A DNA stretch of 64,000 nt from assembly GCF_051860745.1 (NCBI RefSeq), contig NZ_JBHYDN010000003.1, forward strand, positions 119,307 to 183,306, given 5' to 3'. The position numbers and the translations under genes are program-made. Of this stretch, positions 58,431-64,000 are shown in pieces. Every line of letters starts with the position of its first letter. Positions within the stretch are counted from its first letter, which is position 1. This DNA is from Brevundimonas sp. Lineage in GTDB: Bacteria; Pseudomonadota; Alphaproteobacteria; Caulobacterales; Caulobacteraceae. Under the pieces are notes generated by a model, which saw only the letters and a program-made list of their open reading frames with translations, was not told the origin of the DNA and ran no database searches.

Positions 58431-61415
58431 ATGTTGCAAGCCATTCAGCCGGGGATGACCCGCACTTTTCGCCGCAGCCTGTTCGCCGGAGCGTCCGGCC
58501 TGGCCGTCGCCCTGTCGCTTGGCCTGGGAGCCGGCGCCGCCGCGGCCCAGACCGCGCCGCCACAGGAAGCCACCGAAATCGACGAGATCGTCGTCACTGG
58601 CTTCCGGGCCAGTCTGACCGCCGGCCTCGACGCCAAACGGCGTGACGCCAACGTCATCGACGTGATCGTCGCCGAGGACATCGCCGACTTCCCCGACCTG
58701 AACCTGGCCGAGTCAATTCAGCGCGTCCCGGGCGTCGCCATCGACCGTGACGCCGGCGAGGGCCGCTCCATCACGGTCCGCGGTCTGGGCTCCGATTTCA
58801 CCCGCACCCGCATCAACGGCATGGAGGCCCAGGCCACCGCTGGCGGCACCGATTCATCGGGCGGCGCCAACCGCGGCCGCGGCTTCGACTTCAACGTCTT
58901 TGCTTCCGAACTCTTCAACAGCATCACGGTCCGCAAGACCGCCGCGGCTGAGACCGAGGAAGGCTCGCTCGGCGCGACCGTCGATCTGCAAGCCACGCGG
59001 CCCTTCAACAACCGCGGCTTCACCATGGCCGCCTCGTTCCAGGGCGGCTACAACGACCTGTCGGAAAACTGGGACCCGCGCGCCGCCTTTCTGATCAGCA
59101 ACACCTTCGGGGCGAACGACGAGTTCGGCGCGCTCTTCTCCGTCGCTTACAGCGAGCGCAACATTCTAGAGGAGGGCTTCAGCTCCGTCCGCTGGGCGCC
59201 GGCGTTTGGAACCGGCAGTTCGGGCGGCTTCTGCTCGCCCGTCGGCGTTGCCCCCCAGAACCCGGGCAACAGCGGGGCCAACGGCTCCAGCGCCGCCAAC
59301 TGCTCGACCGGCAATCCGCGTCCGGCCAACACCCCCGGCAACGTCGCCGCCTACAATACGGCCAACCAGAACAACGTCTTCATCCCGCGCCTGCCGCGCT
59401 ACGGTCGCCTGACCCATGAGCAGGAGCGTCTCGGCCTCACCAGCGCCTTCCAGTGGCGCCCGGCCGACACCACCCTGTTCTCGCTGGATATCCTGTATTC
59501 CGAGCTGCACGCGACTCGTCAGGAAGACTTCCTGGAATCGCTGTCGTTCAGCCGCAACGCCGCGGCCGGGGGGCAAACCCAGGTCATCGTCCGCGAGGCC
59601 GAGGTTCAGAATGGCATGCTGGTCTACGGCCTCTTCGACAACGTCGATGTCCGGTCCGAGTCCCGCTTCGACGACCTGACCACCGAGTTCCTGCAGTACA
59701 GCCTGACCGCCGAGCACGATTTCAGCGACCGCCTGCGCGGCCGCGCCTACTACGGTCGGGCGGAATCTGACTTCGACAACCCGTTCCAGACCACGGTCAC
59801 CCTGGATCGGCGGGACACGGACGGCTTCTCGTGGGATTTCCGCGGCAATCCGAACGCGCCGCTGATCGACTACGGCTTCGACGTCACCAGCGCGGCCGCC
59901 TGGTCATGGAGCCAGACCGGCTCGCCGACGCCTCGCTCCGAGATCCGCATTCGTCCCCAAGGCGTCGACACCGTGTTCGAGGCGGCCCAGGCCGACTTGG
60001 AATTTGACGCAAACGACTGGCTGACCATCAAGGGCGGCGTCAACTGGAAGACCTACGGCTCCCGCTCATTCGAGTTCCGGCGTCCCGACGAAACGGTCGT
60101 GCCGGCCTTGCCGGGCGGCACCACGGTGGCGGACATCTCCAACCTGCTGACCGGCTACGGCAGGAACCTGGTGCCCGCCGGCACGGCCACCAGCTGGCTT
60201 CGCCCCGACCTGGACGCCATCGCGACGCTTTTCAACATCTACTGCAACTGCAACACCGGCGTTCCTGGTGGCGACTTCACCATGTCCAGCTTCACCAACG
60301 GCAACGCACGCGGCGGCAACCGCTACGTCAGCGAGGACGACCTGGCCTTTTACGTCCAAGCCGACTTCAATACCGAACTGTTCAACATGCCGTTCCGCGG
60401 CAATGTCGGGGTGCGCCAGGTCAATACCCAGCTCTACGCCGAGGGCTACAGCTCGACCGGCGGCGGCACCCTGGTGTTCGGAACGCATGAATATGACGAC
60501 ACCCTGCCGTCGCTGAACCTGGCGCTGGAGCCAGTCGAGGATCTGATCGTCCGTTTCGGCGTGGCCAAGGTCATGGCGCGCCCGCAGATCAACAACTCGC
60601 TCTCGGGTGCCAACTATCTGGTGCCGACGACCTCGCTGAACGCGACGGGGCCGAACTTCACCGCCACGATCGGCAATGTGAATCTGGATCCGTTCCGGGC
60701 CACCACCTACGACCTCAGCATCGAATGGTATTTCGCGCCGGAAAGCCTGCTGTCCTTTGCCTATTTCTACAAGGACATCGACACCTACATCCAGGTGATC
60801 CGGCAGGACCTGCCCTATACGGACCTGACCGCGCTGAACCCGTCGGCGTTCGACCCCGCCTTCTGTTCCGGCGCCTGTTCGCCCACGACGATCTTCGCGC
60901 TGACCTCGGCGGTGAACACCGACGGCGGTCCGCTGTCGGGCTTCGAGATCAGCTACCAGCAGCCGTTCCGCTTCCTGCCGGGCCTGTTCTCGAACACGGG
61001 CGTCCAGTTGAACTTCACCCACGTCGAGTCCGAGATCGACTACTGCAACGACGCCCTGTGCTCGACCTTCGTCACGGCCGATCTGATCAGCCTGTCGCCC
61101 CGGTCGTGGAACGCCACGCTCTACTATGAGGATGACCGGTTCTCGGCCCGGATCTCGGGTTCGTCGCGAGAGGGCTATATCCAGAACGTGCCCGGACGGA
61201 ACGGCAACAACATCGAAGGCAAGATGGAGACCTTCAACGTCGACGCCGCCGCCTCGTACCAGATCACCGAACATGTGCAGCTGACCTTTGAGGCGATCAA
61301 CCTGACCGACGAGTTCAATCACCAGTTCGTCGGCGACGGTCTCGATCGCGAGAGCACCTCAGTTTATCATCACACGGGCCGGCAGTACTTCTTCGGTGCG
61401 CGCTATCGCTTCTAG
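58431..61415 (+). CDS. TonB-dependent receptor (carbohydrate-locus type)
   Basis: EIVVTGFRASL, DIADFPDLNLAESIQRVPGV; ends in FGARYRF; GGAGGGAG RBS. Confidence 0.93.
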   Translation: MLQAIQPGMTRTFRRSLFAGASGLAVALSLGLGAGAAAAQTAPPQEATEIDEIVVTGFRASLTAGLDAKRRDANVIDVIVAEDIADFPDLNLAESIQRVPGVAIDRDAGEGRSITVRGLGSDFTRTRINGMEAQATAGGTDSSGGANRGRGFDFNVFASELFNSITVRKTAAAETEEGSLGATVDLQATRPFNNRGFTMAASFQGGYNDLSENWDPRAAFLISNTFGANDEFGALFSVAYSERNILEEGFSSVRWAPAFGTGSSGGFCSPVGVAPQNPGNSGANGSSAANCSTGNPRPANTPGNVAAYNTANQNNVFIPRLPRYGRLTHEQERLGLTSAFQWRPADTTLFSLDILYSELHATRQEDFLESLSFSRNAAAGGQTQVIVREAEVQNGMLVYGLFDNVDVRSESRFDDLTTEFLQYSLTAEHDFSDRLRGRAYYGRAESDFDNPFQTTVTLDRRDTDGFSWDFRGNPNAPLIDYGFDVTSAAAWSWSQTGSPTPRSEIRIRPQGVDTVFEAAQADLEFDANDWLTIKGGVNWKTYGSRSFEFRRPDETVVPALPGGTTVADISNLLTGYGRNLVPAGTATSWLRPDLDAIATLFNIYCNCNTGVPGGDFTMSSFTNGNARGGNRYVSEDDLAFYVQADFNTELFNMPFRGNVGVRQVNTQLYAEGYSSTGGGTLVFGTHEYDDTLPSLNLALEPVEDLIVRFGVAKVMARPQINNSLSGANYLVPTTSLNATGPNFTATIGNVNLDPFRATTYDLSIEWYFAPESLLSFAYFYKDIDTYIQVIRQDLPYTDLTALNPSAFDPAFCSGACSPTTIFALTSAVNTDGGPLSGFEISYQQPFRFLPGLFSNTGVQLNFTHVESEIDYCNDALCSTFVTADLISLSPRSWNATLYYEDDRFSARISGSSREGYIQNVPGRNGNNIEGKMETFNVDAAASYQITEHVQLTFEAINLTDEFNHQFVGDGLDRESTSVYHHTGRQYFFGARYRF

Positions 61416-61440
61416 AATCGCGTTCTCCTGAACGTGTCTT

Positions 61441-61477
61441 GAGGACCGGCGGCCTTGTCGCCGGTCCTCCGCTTTTT
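61441..61477 (+). terminator. Rho-independent terminator after the TonB receptor
   Basis: GAGGACCGGCG / CGCCGGTCCTC stem followed by a T tract. Confidence 0.75.
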
Positions 61478-61518
61478 CCCGTTTCCGCGGTGTCGGGACA
61501 GGCCTACAGGATTCCCGG

Positions 61519-62625
61519 ATGTCTCCCCTGCTGAGCCTTCGCCCCGCCCCCGACTGCCGATGGGACATGGCCGCGCTCGGCGAGGTGATGCTGCGTTTTG
61601 ATCCCGGCGAGCGCCGGGTGCGTAGCACGCGCTTCTTCGACGTCTGGGAAGGGGGTGGCGAATACAATGTCGCGCGGGCCATGTCCCGGACCTTCGGCCT
61701 GCGCAGCGCCGTGGTCACGGCGCTGCCTGACAACGACCTCGGCTGGCTGGCCGATGATCTGATCGCCCAGGGCGGGGTGGACCGCAGACACGTGGTATGG
61801 CGCGAGGCCGACGGGATGGGGCGCAACACCCGGCTGGGCCTGAACTTCACCGAGCGGGGATTCGGCGTCCGGCCGGCCCGGGGCCTCTCTGACCGCGCCA
61901 ATTCTGCGGCCAGCCAGCTGCGCCCTGGCGAGATCGACTGGGATCGGCTGTTCGGCGAGGAGGGCGTGCGCTGGTTTCACACCGGCGGCATTTTCGCCGC
62001 TTTGTCCGCCACGACGGCCGAAGTCGCCATTGAGGCGGTGGAGGCCGCTCGACGGCATGGAACGGTCGTCTCCTACGATCTCAACTATCGCGCCAGCCTT
62101 TGGGAGGGTCACCCCGACCCGGACGCCGTCCGTCGCGTGAACCGCGCTATCGCCGGCGCAGTCGACGTTATGATCGGGGATGGACATGGGTTCGAAACCT
62201 GTCTGGGCGTCGACCTCACAAAGGCTGAGTCCGGAGACGGCTCGGACCTCGGGGCCTCGGCCTTCGCTGTTGCAGCCGAGGCCTATTGCGATCTGTATCC
62301 CCGGACGAAGATCGTCGCCGCCACACTCCGGCGTCCATCGACGGCAAGTCGCAATGACTGGTCCGCAGCGGCGTGGAGCGGCGGCGCACTGCAGACCGCG
62401 CCGGTCTGGGCCGACCTGGACATTATGGACCGGGTGGGAGGCGGCGACAGCTTCGTTTCAGGCCTCGCCTGGGCCTTGATGAATGACCACTCCGTCAAAG
62501 AGGCTGTTGCTTGGGGCGCGGCCCATGGCGCCCTGGCCATGACCACACCCGGCGACGCCTCCATGGTTTCGCATCCGGAGGTCGCAGCCCTGCTGGCCGG
62601 CCGCGACGGTCGGTCTATCCGATAG
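61519..62625 (+). CDS. kdgK: PfkB-family sugar kinase, likely 2-keto-3-deoxygluconate kinase
   Basis: LGEVMLR, GGGEYNVA, HTGGI, SYDLNYR, DRVGGGDSF; pectin-locus context. Confidence 0.82.
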   Translation: MSPLLSLRPAPDCRWDMAALGEVMLRFDPGERRVRSTRFFDVWEGGGEYNVARAMSRTFGLRSAVVTALPDNDLGWLADDLIAQGGVDRRHVVWREADGMGRNTRLGLNFTERGFGVRPARGLSDRANSAASQLRPGEIDWDRLFGEEGVRWFHTGGIFAALSATTAEVAIEAVEAARRHGTVVSYDLNYRASLWEGHPDPDAVRRVNRAIAGAVDVMIGDGHGFETCLGVDLTKAESGDGSDLGASAFAVAAEAYCDLYPRTKIVAATLRRPSTASRNDWSAAAWSGGALQTAPVWADLDIMDRVGGGDSFVSGLAWALMNDHSVKEAVAWGAAHGALAMTTPGDASMVSHPEVAALLAGRDGRSIR

Positions 62626-62785
62626 GTCGGCCCGCGCCGCATGCGCAGAAGCGCAGGCTTGGAGTCCGCAGGATTCGCCGTCGGGAAAGGCCGGCCTCAC
62701 CGGGCGATCGCACCGGTCCAGCCGCCGCCGAGGGCGGAGTTCGGTCAACAAGTCTAGAATAAAATTCTGATCTATATAGAAAAAG

Positions 62786-63619
62786 GGTGCTGTCAGTCCA
62801 ACGACAACTTGTCTCCACTGAGCGCAGGTAGGGCAGGGGACGCGAGGCCTATCCGGCGAGCGTCTTCCACTCAGCCAGGGCGGCTGAGCGTTGGGCCTTG
62901 TATGTCTCTCTGCTGATGAGGTGGCGGTCCTGATTGAAGTGGTTGTGGAAGGCGGCATGGACGGAGCTGAACTTCTGCAGCGTCTCATCTGCCGGAAGCG
63001 GAGCATGGCCCTTTCTCGTCGTCGGAAGGGCAGATGTGAGTTCTCCACCCTGTTGTTGGCCCACCTGCCAACCTCCTGCTTCTCCGCGTTGCCGAGCTCT
63101 TTCATGGCGGCCTTGTAGGAGCGCAGACCATCAGTGGTGATGGCCTTGGCGCGGCCGTGCCGCTTCATGAGTTTCTTCATGAACTTCAGAGCGGCCGGCT
63201 TGTCCCTGGTCTTGCCGGCAAAGGATTCCAGCACCTCGCCCTCGTGATCGACGGCCCGCCAGAGGTAGTGCATCTGGCCGTTGATCTTCACGTAGACCTC
63301 GTCGAGGTGCCACCGCCAGTGGGTGAAGGCGCGCATCTTCTGGACCCGCTTCCTGCGGATCTCCGCGGCGAACATCGGACCGAACCGGTTCCACCAGAGC
63401 CGCACCGTCTCATGGCAGATGTCGATGCCGCGCTCCGCCAGAACGTCCTCCACATTCCGGAGCGACAGCGGGAATTTCACGTACATCATGACCACCGTCC
63501 GGATCACCTCCGGCGACGAGTCAAACCAGCGGAACGGATCGTGGGTCTTTTTTGGACGGGCCATTCTGCCCGCCTAAACGCTACGCCTTACAGAGCGGTG
63601 CATTTGAGCTGACAGAGCC
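62786..63619 (-). mobile_element. IS6-family element copy 3 (different subtype), transposase 63564-62849 with a -1 frameshift near 62980
   Basis: IRs GGCTCTGTCAGCTCAA and GGTGCTGTCAGTCCAA; WHLDEVYVKING, NNRVENSHLPFRRRER. Confidence 0.9.
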
Positions 63620-64000
63620 CCTGTCTGAAAGCGATGGAATCGTAGGCCCGGTCGGCCATCACGGCGACCGGCGCAAAGCCTTCAATCAGGGCGGGCGCGG
63701 CGAGGATGTCGTGGCTCTGGCCGGCGGCGAGCAGGAAGCGAACGGGTCGGCCCAGACTGTCGCAGGCCATGTGGATCTTGGTCGTCAGTCCACCTCGGGA
63801 ACGCCCCACAGCCGGATCCAGGCCCACCTTTTTGAGCCGGAGCCCCGGCCGGTCGTCGCCTGCTGGTGCGCTCTGACCAAGGTCGAATCCAGCATCAGAT
63901 ACTGGTTGTCCCGGTCCTTGATCAGATCAGCGAATACCCGTTCCCAGACCCCGGATCGCGACCAGCGGCTGAACCGCTGGTGCGCCGTCTTCCACTTGCC
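63620..64000 (-). mobile_element. IS5-family transposase fragment truncated by IS6 copy 3
   Basis: WKTAHQRFSRW, MLDSTLVRAHQ, then a frame change at AAAAAGG to GRSRGGLTTKIH...ADRAYDS. Confidence 0.85.

Noticed and set aside
1-64000. CRISPR arrays, rRNA, integrase or defence systems
   Set aside because: No regularly spaced repeats, rRNA-like sequence or matching proteins were seen.

Overview
High-GC window, probably from a Caulobacteraceae/Brevundimonas-like alphaproteobacterium (inferred from gene content). It is a mosaic of accessory modules joined at decayed IS6, IS110 and IS5 elements. (1) 1-13.7 kb: a fixK-fixL-fixJ-response regulator cascade with FixK-boxed targets, and a sulfide module (type I SQR, DUF2892, RND pump, SqrR/BigR-like repressor, DUF302). 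(2) 14-18.7 kb: a TPR-sulfotransferase and TonB-dependent receptor pair. (3) 19-30 kb: IS6, a copper cluster (DUF411, PepSY, a Cys/Met-rich leader ORF, cusCBA-like genes) and LysR + SbtA. (4) 30-42 kb: a second block of FixK-boxed genes (USPs, P-type ATPase, CPA2, PRT, PfkB, PAS-like protein, PpsA-CBS fusion, truncated ldhA) that resembles the mycobacterial DosR gene kit. (5) 42-47 kb: a CheB/CheR/HWE-kinase module between IS6 ends. (6) 48.8-62.6 kb: a pectin/uronate utilisation locus with four LacI-type operators. (7) IS6 and IS5 remnants at the right edge. No rRNA, intact tRNA or CRISPR array was seen. The best leads are a candidate metal-sensing leader peptide with an RNA switch upstream of cusC, an SQR-RND module with both O2- and persulfide-type control sites, the PpsA-CBS fusion, an unexplained hydratase-family gene in the pectin TRAP operon, and a 29-bp motif recurring at module junctions. 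All family assignments come from motif recognition by eye; no database search was run.
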